DNA of 64,000 nucleotides. Origin: Girardia tigrina. Lineage: Eukaryota. The position numbers were made by a program, and so were the translations under genes. Within the stretch, counting starts at the first letter, position 1, and every line of letters begins with the position of its first letter. Location: NCBI GenBank assembly GCA_001938485.1, contig MQRK01235125.1, forward strand, positions 1 through 64,000. Reading direction: 5' to 3'. The notes beneath the pieces were generated by a model. The model did not search any database and was not told the DNA's origin. It was given only the letters and a program-made list of their open reading frames with translations. This document shows, one piece after another, positions 10,264 to 23,796 of this stretch.

Positions 10264-13200
10264 TATTAGTTAATAAATTAATATTGGTTAATTATGTTAA
10301 TAAAAATAAGTAAATGGAATTCGAAAAATTAAATTATGTATTTCAATCAAAATGTATTGGTCAAAAATATATTATAATTTTCTATCAAATTTTTAAAAAT
10401 ATTATTTCAAAAATTATATTTTTTTATAACAATTCTTTAATTTTAAAAATTGAAATGTATATATAAAAGAAGAAAAAAAATTTATAATTCAAATTATTCT
10501 TTCAAGAAAGGACTTTTTTATTTATTCTAAAGTTAAATAAAATTTTAATTTAAATTTTAAAATTTTAAGCAAAATATATTCAAAATAAACAAATTAATTA
10601 CTTTTCATTAAATTTTGATATTTTTAAAATTTTTAAAAAATAATTTTAAATTTCAATTTTAAATATTTTTTGACATTTTATGAAAAAAATACAAAAAATA
10701 AAACATTTAATAAAATATAAAAATATTTATTTGAATATTTAATTAAAACTTTTAAATTTTATTTAATTTATGTATATTTAGATATTTATTAATATATATC
10801 TTTAATAATTATTACCACAAATATAATATGATATTTTCGATTGATTTCATATAATTATGAAATTACTCAAAATTTTATTTATTAGTGAATTTATATCAAA
10901 CATATTCATGAGAATAATCTTGTTGTTTTTCATCTATTATATTCTTTAAAAAATTAATTTTTCAAAATATTTACAATATCTCTTGCTTGTGCACATTTGA
11001 TTGTGAAAATACAATCTTAAAAATGAAAATAAATTTAAACTTTAAAAATTTGAATTAAAAATAGCTTTAAATTAAAAATATAAATATTTAAATGAACATT
11101 AAAGTTAAAATCTAATATTTGACATTTAAAAATAAATTATCACAATAAAATTACTTTATTATATTTAAATAAATAAAGTCTTCGGGTATTTGTTCCATTG
11201 AGAGAACACAGAGTATCAACAAAACTGTTAGTGGTTACTGTATATTGAATGACAGAAATTAAGAAACTACAAATTTAAAATTATATTATTTTTTTTTATT
11301 GGATAAAGAGTGTGATAAGAATAAGAAGATAAAAAATTATGGTTTTGAGGATGAATGTATTCGGAGTTTTTCACAAAATTTATCATCAGTTGAGTAATTG
11401 CTTTGAGGATTGTATATAATTTTTAAGGGACAGAAGCGATTATCTTTAGAATAAGATGCACAATTTGATATGATTTCTAAGTCTTATTATTCACGATTCA
11501 GTTTGTCTGGATATTTGTTCGGAATGTGTGATGAAGGTGATTCACATAACCCAAGATTATTCTGATGTCTTCCAATTTAATCGTAATTGAAGTTATATGT
11601 TTATGGAAGGAATAAATGAATAAGCGAAAATTGTCCGATATAAGTTCGATTATTTTGCGTAGTCTGAGTAGTAAAAACAAATTCTGACTAACGGATTCAA
11701 ATTTATAATTTATTTAATTTATATTTTAAATTTAAATATTTTATATTTAATTTATATTTTTTGATATATAGATACTTAAATTAGTTCACTATAAAATTGT
11801 GTTTGTCTCATCAACGACAAAATGATTTTTTTCGTGTGAACAAAAAATTTATTTACGTTTATGAGCTAATTTTGTATTTAAAATTTTGTGACACGGATGT
11901 CTAATTAATACACTGGAGAGACATAGTGCCATTATCGACTGGTCTTACTGAGCCCATACATCTCAGTCAAAAGAGTAATGTTTTAGAAACATTAGTCAGT
12001 CAAATTAAAAGATGAATTATAGATTTTGATTTTGAGTTTTTGTTGATCCGTGTAATGATCAACAATTTAATGTAATTTAATTACATATTTATACTATTTA
12101 AATATCATTATTATTTATATCATTTTAGTACTGATTATTAATTACTTAATTTATTATAATTTATATATTAATTAATTTATTATAATTTGTATTATTTTTA
12201 TATTATTTATATTATTTAACATTATTTATATTATACTCTTAACAACATTAAGTCGTTAAGCGATTTTGAAAAATTAAAATTTTAAATTGGTCGATCAATA
12301 ATAATTATTAATCATAAAAAACTAAATAATTAAAAATTATATTTGGGTTTCACTGTTTTTTTTCAAGACAACTGACTTTATATATCTCACCGAAATTTGT
12401 ATTGTTGGAGATGATTTAAATATCTGTCGAAGAATATATCTATCCGTGTGATTCGTTGTTAATAATTACTGTCTAATCTTCATGCCAGTCAATTTAAGTG
12501 TCAAATATAATTAATTAATTATATATTATTATATATTAATTAATTATATATTATAATTATTATATTTTTATTCTTCATTTCCGTAATAATAAAGTGTTAG
12601 AGGATTTGTCCAAAAACCGATCAGATCCAATAACAAATTTTATCAGACACAAAATCCCTTGGAGAAATATTCAAGCAAAAGTAGCAAAGCTGGAACAATC
12701 TTAAGTATTTTTTAATGGATGACATTTAATTTTTGGGTATTTTTATTTTTACTGTAAATTTTTAATCGTTAAGTTTAATATATTACCACATATTTTTGAA
12801 AAAAATAATAAAATTTAAGTTTTAATTATAGCTTTGTTTTGTTTTATTTTATTAAAAACTATGATTCTTTTTGATAATAAATAATGAAAATTATTTATTC
12901 TTAATAAATAATATGGTATAGTTTTTAAAAGTGATTTTTCTAAAATATTTTGGAATTATTTCTGAGATTTTAGAAAATAATAATGATGTAATTTTTATTT
13001 CATAAACCAATTCAATTTATATTTAATATTTTTATTTCTGACAAATATTTATTTGTATAATTTTATGCAATTTAATACAGCGTAAAAATTTAAAGTGTTT
13101 GTTTAAACTCTGCGCTCTGATAATTGATCAAACATCTGAATACGTTCTGTTTAAAACTATACGAGTTGTAGATCAAATTATTTGGCGTGTGAGAAAAGTA

Positions 13201-13393
13201 ATGAGACTACCCTTACCCCACTTACAAGACAGAAAGTTTCCACCAATGTTATTGGGTTCGTGATTAAAATCCAAAGTCATTATTCGCAAACTTTATTTAT
13301 AATACAACTTTCATTACTCAAACAAATTTATGAGGAACAATATTTCAGTTACATAAACCAGATTTCGTATTCTAAATATAAATAATAATATCA

Positions 13394-13440
<47 letters not shown>

Positions 13441-14079
13441 ATTTTATTCAAATCATATTTTGTTTTTGTTTTATTAATTTTTACAATGTTTATTAATTTG
13501 GAATATAAATTTAGATCTTTAAAATTATTTTAATGGACATGTTCTGTAAAAATTCAATAAAACATAATAATTTTTATTTTAGAACTTGATTTTAAAATAT
13601 TCAATAAATTATTCTTTTAAATAAAACTTTCCGTTGACAAATAAATTTAATAAACATTATGATTTTTATTTAAAAAGTGTTATGAGATATATCAAAATTT
13701 CTTTATAATATTCTTTTACTCTGAAACTGTTACTTTAATTGTGATTTTTTAAACCTAATTTTTTTATAAAAGTTCTTTCGATTTAATAATTAAAATATTA
13801 TCAATACACTATACATTTTATAAAACTTATTTCATTTTAATTAGTAAAAATATTATCTATAAACTTAAATTTTTTATATATAATTTCTTTCAAAAGTTCT
13901 CTCAATTTAATTAGTAAAATAATATTTTTTTAATTTATCTCAAATATAATTATGATTTTTAATTTAAAAATATCAAAAATTTTCAGTTCACCAAAAAGAA
14001 CCCCTAACAAATGTAATTTAGTTTCATATAACATAGTCCCTCTTAACTTAAATGAGATTTTTAAAATGGGTATACAATC

Positions 14080-14640
14080 ATTCCAGCTCATGTTGGAAGT
14101 GTTCACGCTAATGCGTGGGAGCAGTAACAACGACTCCTTCTGAACCTTTTTTTTGGTGAAAGTCCCTCTTTTTGAGGCCTTTTTTCAGGTGCTTGAACAA
14201 CCAGCAATCTTATTTATTTGAATCTGAACTGCAAGCTGATTGACGGATTCGCTTGACCTGCCTTTGTTCAAAGAATTCCCTGGTTTTTACAGCTGCATGA
14301 GGACGCGCATTGTCATGTTACCTCCAGAGCTGGTTAAGTCGTGGTGGAGAAAACCACAGAGTCTTCCATTTTTCACATGTATCATGGACAAACTCAGTGT
14401 ATCGTTGATAAATCACTGTTTCATCAGATGGTTCAGTATGAATAATGTACTTGCCATCTCTAGCGAATGCAAGAAGAAGCATTGCTTATGATTTGTCAAC
14501 TTTGAGAGGACAACCCAAAGTTTAGGAAGATGAAGAGGAAACGACACACGATTTTCCTATTTTGTCTGTATCCCTTTGAAGTCTTTCGAGCAACTGCTAA
14601 ATATCTTAATGAGTGTTTTGGATTCTCATATACCAGTTGC
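14080..14640 (-). mobile_element. Degenerate mariner-type transposase fragment
   Basis: Minus-strand HDNARPHAAVKTREFF...SSD...DCWLFKHLKKGL, with stops. Confidence 0.7.
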
Positions 14641-16499
14641 TTAACGTAAGCAATAGATTATTATATATTATATGCGTTTACAAATATTAGAATTAAAAAA
14701 ATAATAAGATAAAAAATTTAAATTTACTTTAAAAAAGATTTGTTTAAAAAGTTAAATTTTATATATTATTAAAATGTTTTATTTGTTTTAGTTGATAAAA
14801 GTAGTAACTAGAGATTGAATGAATAAAGATTTTCTTAAGTTAATTTTGTTCTAGTGAGATTCGTGATAATTCGAATTTGAAAAATCAGAAATTGTTTTTT
14901 CACTTTTATTTAATAACAACAAAATAACATATTTTTAATAAATATCTGAGGAACACTTCATTTTTTCGCTCACAAATCATTTATACATACAAATGATAAA
15001 TTTTAATAATAGATAAATAATATAATATTTCATTTGATTTTAAAATATGTTATTACTTCAAATTTAATTAAAAATATTTTACTTCAAACCTTATTAAAAT
15101 TGTTATCATAAATTATTTATTTCAAATTAAAAATTTATTTTTTTATATCAAAACATTAATTAAGTCTTACATTTTTAAATTTGCAATTTGATATTCAAAT
15201 TTTTTACACATATTTTATTTCAAACTTATTAAGTTTATTTTGATTTACAAGTCTTTTAGTAAAAATTAATTACAATTTTTAATTTAAATTATTTTGTAAT
15301 AAATTTACATTTTTTATTATTTTATTTTGTAAAATTCCCTTATTTTAATTTACATTTTAAAATGTTTTTGCAATTTCTTTTTCTTGATTTAATTAATAGT
15401 TTTATACGAGTTTCCCAAAATCCTCACAGTTTTGAAAGATATTTTATGTCGAATTAGAAACATAATCGTGATTCCTGATTACTGAATTGCTAGAGCAAGG
15501 GAGAAATCGCAAATTGCAGATGTAAAATCCCAAAAAGCCACAGAGGAATTCAGTAACAACTATAAAATAAAGATAGTCAATCAAAAGATAGAAGAAACAA
15601 TACGATATTGTGTGAAAGAATCCCCCGAGAACGAGAAATGGTCCTCCTTAGGGTTATAATTTATTATTATAATTTATTATTATTATTATTATAAGAATTC
15701 TTGATGAGTCGTACTTGATCAATTAGCCCAAGCTCAAAGATCTATAAATATAATTATAAAATACATTAGAAAAAGTTAACAAAATATTTATAAAGACAAT
15801 TTTCGTTTCTATTATTTAATAATTTAAATATACAAAAAGCTTTTTTTAATATTAATTATTATTCATTTTAGTTTTAATTTGATTTTCTTTCTTTTATTTG
15901 AGAGAATTGGCAAATTATTTCTATTGCACTGAATTTGTAATTTGATTTATAATTAATTTTTAAATAAATATTTGTTTTTTAAAATATCATCATCAATTTT
16001 TTGAAAATAATTTCTTTCTCTCGAAAAAGAATACAGAAATTCATTTGTTTCGTTAAATCATCTCAAAAAAAGTACTTTTCAGTTGATAAAATTAATTGAA
16101 TATTTATCTTTGTGAAAGTATGATAGAGTTAGTAAATTATAGTATTAGTTCAATCGAGTAATTACCCCCTGGAATTTCAAATTTAAACATAGAACATTGA
16201 AACATAGGAATTTGGCAAAGAAAACTAAAATCTTATTTGCTTCCAACGTTTCATTGTTAAATTATAACTTTGGAACTTATTATTTTAGAGATATTATTTT
16301 GTTTAAAGATATTATAAGAAAATACACAGAGATTTCATACCAAACGTTTACTCTTAATTAAGTAAAAGCTCACAATTACGCTACACTGTTCTATGCTACA
16401 CATTATGGAGCTATAACGTCTCACTTAAATTTAAAGTTAATCTATGAATTTTATGGTAAATATTTTTATGCTATTTCTGATTTATACGATAACAGCATT

Positions 16500-16896
16500 A
16501 GAGTATTAGACCATTTGAAGAAGTTAATCAATGCTGATCCGCATAAAAATTGACAGGAAGTCGTTCAAAAACTCAACGTTCACTAATCAACAGTTGTTTG
16601 CAATCTGAAAAAAATCAGAAAAGTGAAAAAGCTGGACAAGTGGGTGTAGCACGAATTAAACTAAAATCAAAAAATCGTCGTGTTAACGTGTGTTCTTCTC
16701 TGCTTTTGTGTTATCAAAGCGACCCGTTTCTGGATCGAATTGTAACGCGCGATGAAAAATGGATCATATACGACAACCCGCGACGTTCAGTTCAGTGGTT
16801 GGATTTCAATGAGGCTCTAAAGCTTTTCTTGAACCCAAAATTACACCAAAAAAGTTGACGGTTAAAAAACGACATTTCTTTAGCATCAACCTAATA
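16500..16896 (+). mobile_element. Internally deleted mariner
   Basis: DPFLDRIVTRDEKWIIYDN...PKLHQK, followed by a mariner-type right TIR ...CTTTAGCATCAACCTAATA. Confidence 0.75.
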
Positions 16897-17699
16897 TTAT
16901 AACATTTTCCTGGTCAATATGTTGTAAAAATAATTAAGTATACGTGTCTACTTGCAGACTGCAAGTAGAAGTATGCATTAATCAAACAATGCAATTGTAA
17001 ATGTTGCCAAAATGACATCATAAATCTATTTTTTAGTTTTTTTCTAAGAATTCAAAGAATTGTCTTTATCATGGACTTGACTGCTATACAGCATGCACAG
17101 ATAGTGACTTTGGCTACCCACACATACAAAACACGTATTTCATGTCTTTTTTTCTCATTATGTCATTAAAACCGCCCCCATTGTATTAAAAAATAATTGT
17201 TCGAGAATAAAATTGAGTTTTTGTCTGACTCCGCTTCTCGTGTATAACCTCATTTTTATTAAATAATTATTATATAATTTATAAATTATAATATAATGTT
17301 ATAATATAAAAACCCAATGTTTTTGTCGAACAAGTTTTGTAATAACAATTAATATTTATTTTAAATAATTAAAGCTTCGCCGTTTTATATTTAATGCATT
17401 TTAAAACTAATATAAAAATTGAATATCTTTTTAATATAATTTTTACTAGTAAATTTATTATTCAATATTAAAATAAAAATTTAATTTTCAATATTATTTT
17501 AATTGTCAAGTTGTAATTATTTAACGGTATTTATTTTACTAATACTAAAAACAATTTTACATTTTTTAAATAAATATAAATATTTTTTGTAAATTAATTC
17601 CATAAAGTTGTAATAATATTTCTTTCTTTTCAAATTATATTTAACCAATCAAAAATTTATATTATTAAAATTTATTTTCATTTTCAATATTTTACAAAA

Positions 17700-18728
17700 A
17701 TGATTTATAGCAACAACAGCTTGATGAATATAACGTTCCATGTAAAAGGAATAACTGCATGGTTTTTCTTAAGTATTTCTATTTGTATCTTTGGATCATT
17801 GACCAATTTATGGTGTGGCTTGTTGATATTTGTATCGAAAGGTTTATGGAAAAGACCAATCTATCGAGTAATTCTTGGCATCATTATACCTGATTTTATA
17901 GCCAATTCTATTTGCGTTCCTTATGAAGCCACACAAACTTTTTATAGAATATATTTTAATGAAATAAATGGTAATGATACCGGATGCATGATTGAGGCCA
18001 CAATCTTCATCATGGTACTCTCCATATCAAACATCAACCAAATGATAGCAGCTTGTTACCGATTATGTGGGGTTATCTCTCCCGTTAAATTTCGAATTAT
18101 TTCAACTATTAAAGTAGTAAATATACTCATTTTATCGATATCCTTTGCTCCAGTATTTCTATTCTTCATTTGTGGTATAAACACCTTAATCTGGTATCGT
18201 ATTCATCCAACTATCGGAGACTGCAGTGAAATATCCCCAAGTATGTCAATTGATTACCTCCGCAATTCCCTATTTCAATTTATACCAACTTTAATATGTG
18301 TTTTGGCATATTTGGGAATAGTCATTAGAATAGTTTTTGTTGGTTCAGATAAGGATTTGAGGAAAACACTGATTAAAAGAGCGAAAGGAAGTCTCGCGTT
18401 AGGAGCCAGTATGGCTGTTTATAGTACATGTGTCATCTTATACTGGACGGATTATAATTCTACCGATTACGGATCGAACATAAATATGAATGTATGGAAA
18501 AAATTTACGGCCAGAGCTTCTTATGGTATTGCACCGGTGATTTATTTAACATAGATTATATATGATTATTAAAACTAATTTTAGGTGTTTTATCTGACAT
18601 TAGATAAAAATATTCAAGAGAGTTCAAGAAACATTATAAAGAAAGCCAAAGACAAAAAGAAGAGTGTGTTCTCCATAATAATAGGATCAGACAAAAATAC
18701 ATTTCATTCGCATTCGGGGATTAATTAA
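17700..18728 (+). CDS. Orphan rhodopsin-like (class A) GPCR, ~326 aa; exons 17700-18536 and 18585-18728
   Basis: Seven hydrophobic segments. TM1 GSLTN, TM2 D, Cys at top of TM3, YRL in place of DRY, ECL2 Cys. A 48-nt GT..CTAAT..TTTAG intron restores APVFY (NPxxY-like) and helix 8 (LDKNIQESS). Confidence 0.85.
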
Positions 18729-19447
18729 ATATTATTCATCATTTAATAATATTTGAATCTTTATAACATTTTATTGTAATAAATATTCAAATTTTATTTT
18801 TGTTCTATTTACTTGAATAAAACTTTAATAAAAAATGCAAAATTATAATTTTTGACTTTCAAGATTTATTTTTTTAAGATCCGAAAATTATTGGCAAACT
18901 CCTGCTTAAAGATTTTAATAAAATTTAATAGTAAAATTAAAAAAATGGTTTTTATTAATTTTTTTTCAATTGTACATATACAAAATAAAATTGGTTATGG
19001 TAATATTTATCGATTATTCAGATAATTAAAGAGTCATGGGATATTATTTTTGAAAATAAAATGATGCCCGTTCGAGAATCAAATTCCGTCGCAACCAAAC
19101 CGTTTTGTCTTTTTGTAACATGTTATTAAAAATTTAATTGAATCATAACAACAATTTGATATCGTCGTTCAAAAACTTGTAATTCTTTCTGTCATGAGCC
19201 TCCGATGTTTTTTTATGTTGAAATGTTTTGAATTTGGATAATTTGGAATTAATTTGTTAAATTTGTCGAAAGAAAAAGAAAAAAAACTGTTATTATTATT
19301 TTTGTTAAAATTATGTAAAAAATGGTAAATTATACATTAGCTTTAATGCATCAATTGGTAAAAAAAAGTTTGATATCAAATAAAAAAAATTATTACTAAC
19401 GATATCGATTTCTTTTCATTAAAGAAAAATATTCATTAACTGAAATA

Positions 19448-19551
19448 GAATGTCTAATTTAACACGTTGACGGACAGTTGCGTCTATAGCCGTCAATGTG
19501 AATGATATAAATGATTTAATGATTTCTACTGTCCGTCAACGTTAGACATTC
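19448..19551. repeat. ~100-bp inverted repeat / tiny piggyBac-like MITE
   Basis: ACGTTGACGGACAGT (19464-19478) and ACTGTCCGTCAACGT (19528-19542). Outer arms GAATGTCTAA / TTAGACATTC. Left end reads TTAA-CACGTT. Confidence 0.6.
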
Positions 19552-19684
19552 AAAGAACATCTCAAAGAACAGATAACTTTGCCGTTTGACTATATTTTTA
19601 ATGTGGATTATTTTTATAAAGACATTTGAAGATAATCATGTAAGAATTCCCAATCAGAGATTGCATATCAAAGAAACTGACAAA

Positions 19685-19762
19685 ATTTCAGCACCTACTA
19701 AAATTTGTGAAGACATTCATGATCAATGGTGTGAATTAATGAGAATATTTTAAAGTTGTGGA
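19685..19762 (+). pseudogene. Short PP1/PPP-family Ser/Thr phosphatase fragment
   Basis: ISAPTKICEDIHDQWCELMRIF*SCG resembles the PPP motif APLKICGDIHGQY.DLLRLF..G. Only ~26 codons. Confidence 0.6.
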
Positions 19763-20035
19763 AACAGTATTGGAACGAATTTTTGGAAAATAATCACCAA
19801 CGAACACGATGTCAAACCGATCACTGGTGTTTACGAAGGTAATAGTGATTTGCAATTACAGAGAATTTATGTTTACTTTACTTCTGGAATTCATGGAAAG
19901 TGTGTGCCGATCAGTGTCATGGTTAAATTGAATAGTACCACTCTCGATTACGTACTGAATTTGAATCTTGGGGAATTTTTTTCAACCAGATTATTTCATC
20001 GGTGGTTCCTACAATTGACGATTGGGAGCTATACG
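19757..20035 (+). pseudogene. N-terminal beta-tubulin pseudogene fragment
   Basis: CGNSIGTNFWKIITNEHDVKPITGVYEGNSDLQLQRIYVYF...GKCVPISVMVKL...LGEFF/QPDYFI aligns with beta-tubulin CGNQIGAKFWE...SDLQLERINVYY...GKYVPRA...FRPDNF. Confidence 0.9.
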
Positions 20036-20338
20036 GTTAGCGGCGATATAATTTGTCTCCGAGCGAATTCCGTAACTCCAAAGATGAAGCGCGGCAGCCT
20101 CGCTAAGCAGATCGTTGAACGATCAATGCCATTTCACAAAAATAAATGATTTCCATTGACAATAAATTTTGACGATATAATCTTCATTGTCAGGTCATAA
20201 AGAAATTATGAATTTTAAATCTGATTATATAGGAAAGCAGTGATTATGTATTCAAAGAATGACTGTTTCACCTAAATGCTCTGAATGAGGTTTGTCGAGA
20301 GACCGGTTTGCATATTAATCTTATGATCTAAAGATATA

Positions 20339-20799
20339 TGTGAGGAATATTTGGTGTGTGGATGTTTTTGTGTAGTGTTTGCATGTTTAAATGTTGTGTG
20401 TTGATTTGGGATTGTGCCTCTCTTAAGCAGATGGATTATCAATATTTAATTTCTTATAATCTGAAACTAATTTATTTAAATTTAGATTTAATATTCAAAT
20501 TTTTAATTTTTATTATTGCAAATTTTAAATAATTTTATTGATTTTATTTTTGTAAATTTTTAAATAATTAAAATCAAATTAATGTTTAAAAATGACTATA
20601 AAAATATTTTCTTTCAGCCAATAAAATTTAAATTAAATATTTTTAAATAAAATAATCTTCTCAAGTATAGTTCAGATTATAATGAGAGATATTGAAAATT
20701 GATTGATGGATCTAAGTGAAAGCAATACTATTGATCATAAAGATGATAAGAAATGTGAATGTAATACATTTTCTGTCAAATGTGTGAGTTCTCTTAACA
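20339..20799 (+). mobile_element. Solo LTR (TGTGAGGAAT...TTAACA) flanked by a 22-bp direct repeat
   Basis: Same TGTGAGGAAT start as the Gypsy LTRs, and similar to the reverse copy at ~55080-55449. AATCTTATGATCTAAAGATATA at 20317-20338 and 20800-20821. Confidence 0.75.
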
Positions 20800-23796
20800 A
20801 ATCTTATGATCTAAAGATATATATCTAAAGACATAAATATAAAGACATATATCTAAAGGTATAAAATAATTATTAAACTGAATACACACCTTTTTAAAAT
20901 CATTTATGTGAATATTTTCATTTGAATTGGAAACTTTTGTGTTATTCAATATTACTTCCACCAACATTACGACCACGTTCTAGGACTTGTATGCAGAGAT
21001 GACGTGACGTCTCTCCAATATATGTGACATTGTACCCATTACACGTAAATTGATATACGAGATCTAAACACAAATCAAATGGGATTGGAGATTTACTAAA
21101 AATACATTTTTAATTTTAAGTGTTTTTGCAAATATTATTTTTAAATTAAAAGTATTATTCACACAATTAAACATTTGAATTTACCAAATCCTTCAGAATA
21201 TGGAATATTCAAAACGTATTTTTAATTCGTTTGGTGCTTTATTATCATTTTTAATATCGATTCAATATTTGATTGAATTTAAAATTTATTTAACTAATAC
21301 CTTAATTATTCATTAATTTATTAATAATGCTAATTTACTTTTATGTATTTTATCATTTTTATGTCATTATTGTACAACCATTTTATGATATTTAAAATTT
21401 TATTTTCATAAATTTCAATCATTTATTTCTTAATTTGTAAATTTGTAAAATTTATGTCGAAATAAAATGAACAAATAAAATATAGTATAAAAAGTAAAAA
21501 AAAGAAAACAAAATTTAAAGAACAGGCAGCTCACTTTGTACACAAGACACTTGCTAAAGAATAAAGAAAATATTTCTGTTGAAATGTTTTCGGTATTTCA
21601 TGATTCATTGAAGCAAACTTCATTTTTGACAACGAATGTCTCTTTCCTTTTTTAATTATTTTTTTTAAAATTATAACTTTTAGAGGTAGAAATATAAAAA
21701 TGTATATTGTTCTAACACAATTATTAGGTAATTTTTTAAATAGTTTCAGAACATTTCAGAGGTACTTTCTAAAAAACTTGCACTTAAAATTTAAAATTCG
21801 AAAACATTTTTATGTAAGTTAAAAATTTCAAAACTTTTAATAGCTTCATTACTGTTAAGAATTGTATTTTATAGTTAATCCATAATCTTATAAAATATTT
21901 TTTTTGATTTACTATCTATAGCAATAAATTTTATTTGTTAGGTGAGGCATTTTTTAAAGACATATACAATTACTTTAAAATTATTTTAAAAGTAAAAATT
22001 TTTTTTGTGAGAGGATTCCAGTCTGGTTTCTAGTGCGATCCATATTCAACAAAAGATGTACGAAAAACAAGTTATTTAAAATTCGTACGTGACAGAAAAA
22101 TGTATTTAACATATCAACTTATTAACATAATAACTTTAAAATAATAATTTTCAAATTGATTTTTATCAAATTTTATTTTGAGCCTCCTGTTACAATGAGG
22201 GACATATAAATGCTAAATAAATTAATCTGAAAAAATGTAAGAAACGGGATATTCAATTCCAAGGGGCAATATTAAATAAATTAAATTTAAATTAAATTAA
22301 AATCTGATGATGAATTAGGGGGCACGGCTATATTTAAAAGATACGAATAAATAATATATCTTTTATCTCCTTTGTCCTTTTTAAACTTTTTCAATGGACT
22401 TTGGGCTAAGACATTTCGTAACATATACAGTGTACAATATACACAGTTTTAAAACTTCTGATGGTGTAATTAATAAATGATTTGAAATATTACTATAAAA
22501 TCCTTCATTCCTAATCCATTCTAATGAGGAAGGCATTGGGTAATGTACTGAAATTAATTAAAAACATAGATTTTAGAAAATAGTACCCAGAAATTTTTAA
22601 TAATAACTGGTTATTTTCTTTTACATTTTAAACTAAAAAATATTTTAACAAATCCGATTTGAATTTGTCTCATTACAACTATTTATTATTAAAAAAAACA
22701 TTTAATATGTGTATAAATTAGAAAATTAAAAAAAATCTATAATTGCTTGCAAGAAAACAAAAATCATTACTTATTAATTAGAATTAGACTTCAACCAACT
22801 TTCTGTAGACTTTTACGCATGATTTATTTCCGGGATGTATCTCTTATTTCCATTAAATTATCACTAATGTATCGTAAGATTTCAACAGATCCAACGGAAA
22901 AGTTCATAATTACAATAATTTTAATATATTAATGATACAATGAATCCATGGATAAAGTAACTTAAAAAATATTATATTTCACCCGGAGAGTATATGTTTT
23001 AATAATATGTTTTAGATATGTTTTTAATAGTATCTTGTTTATATATTGTAAAACAAGATTTGTATTGATCAAAGTAAATTGGAATGGGACATTTAAAATT
23101 ACATACTTTGATTTTTCTCATGACTATGTGGAGTAACTTCATACCTAACTCATCTAGAATGCAAAGAACTATTTCTCCTGTATTTTCTTTTGAGTGGGAA
23201 AAACCCTGGCCGCAACCGAGACGTTGAAAAAACACAAAATATTTAATTCTTAATGATTTAATTCCTTTTTATTAGTTTTTCATTGTATGTTCACGAAATT
23301 CACCATAATATAGTATTCATATATCATTTAAAGACACTTTCGAAATTTAAGTTGACAATTCAAATTTTTTTTAACTTACTTAGTTTTTTTAACTTAATGT
23401 TTTTAACTAAATGTTTTTTTCGATTATAATGATTGATTAGAAAGTTTCGAAAAGTTTCAAAAGAAATGAAACTTTAAAGTTCAAGTTCGTTAATAATGGA
23501 TATATTATATAATATAAAATCCCTTAGGGGTATTTGACATTATTTAATTCCGAATTTATTTGCATCCAGCTCCTCTAGAATGAAAATACGAAAACCTTTT
23601 GGATTTAAGCACAGACCAACTCTAGAGAATTCGATTCCTCAATAATCGATCGGTTGCTATATACTGGAGACTTCCTCGTGTACTTACTATTACAATTTTC
23701 TTATCAAACTTTTCAATTGCTTTAAACTCTAATTGTTTGTCTTCTTCCGCATCTTTGGTAGTCTTTGGAGAGGGCGAGAAAACTTTCAGGGGGCGC

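Noticed and set aside
20040-20205. Possible RPL12-like piece (INFDDIIFIVR) after the tubulin fragment
   Set aside because: Match too short and weak to support.
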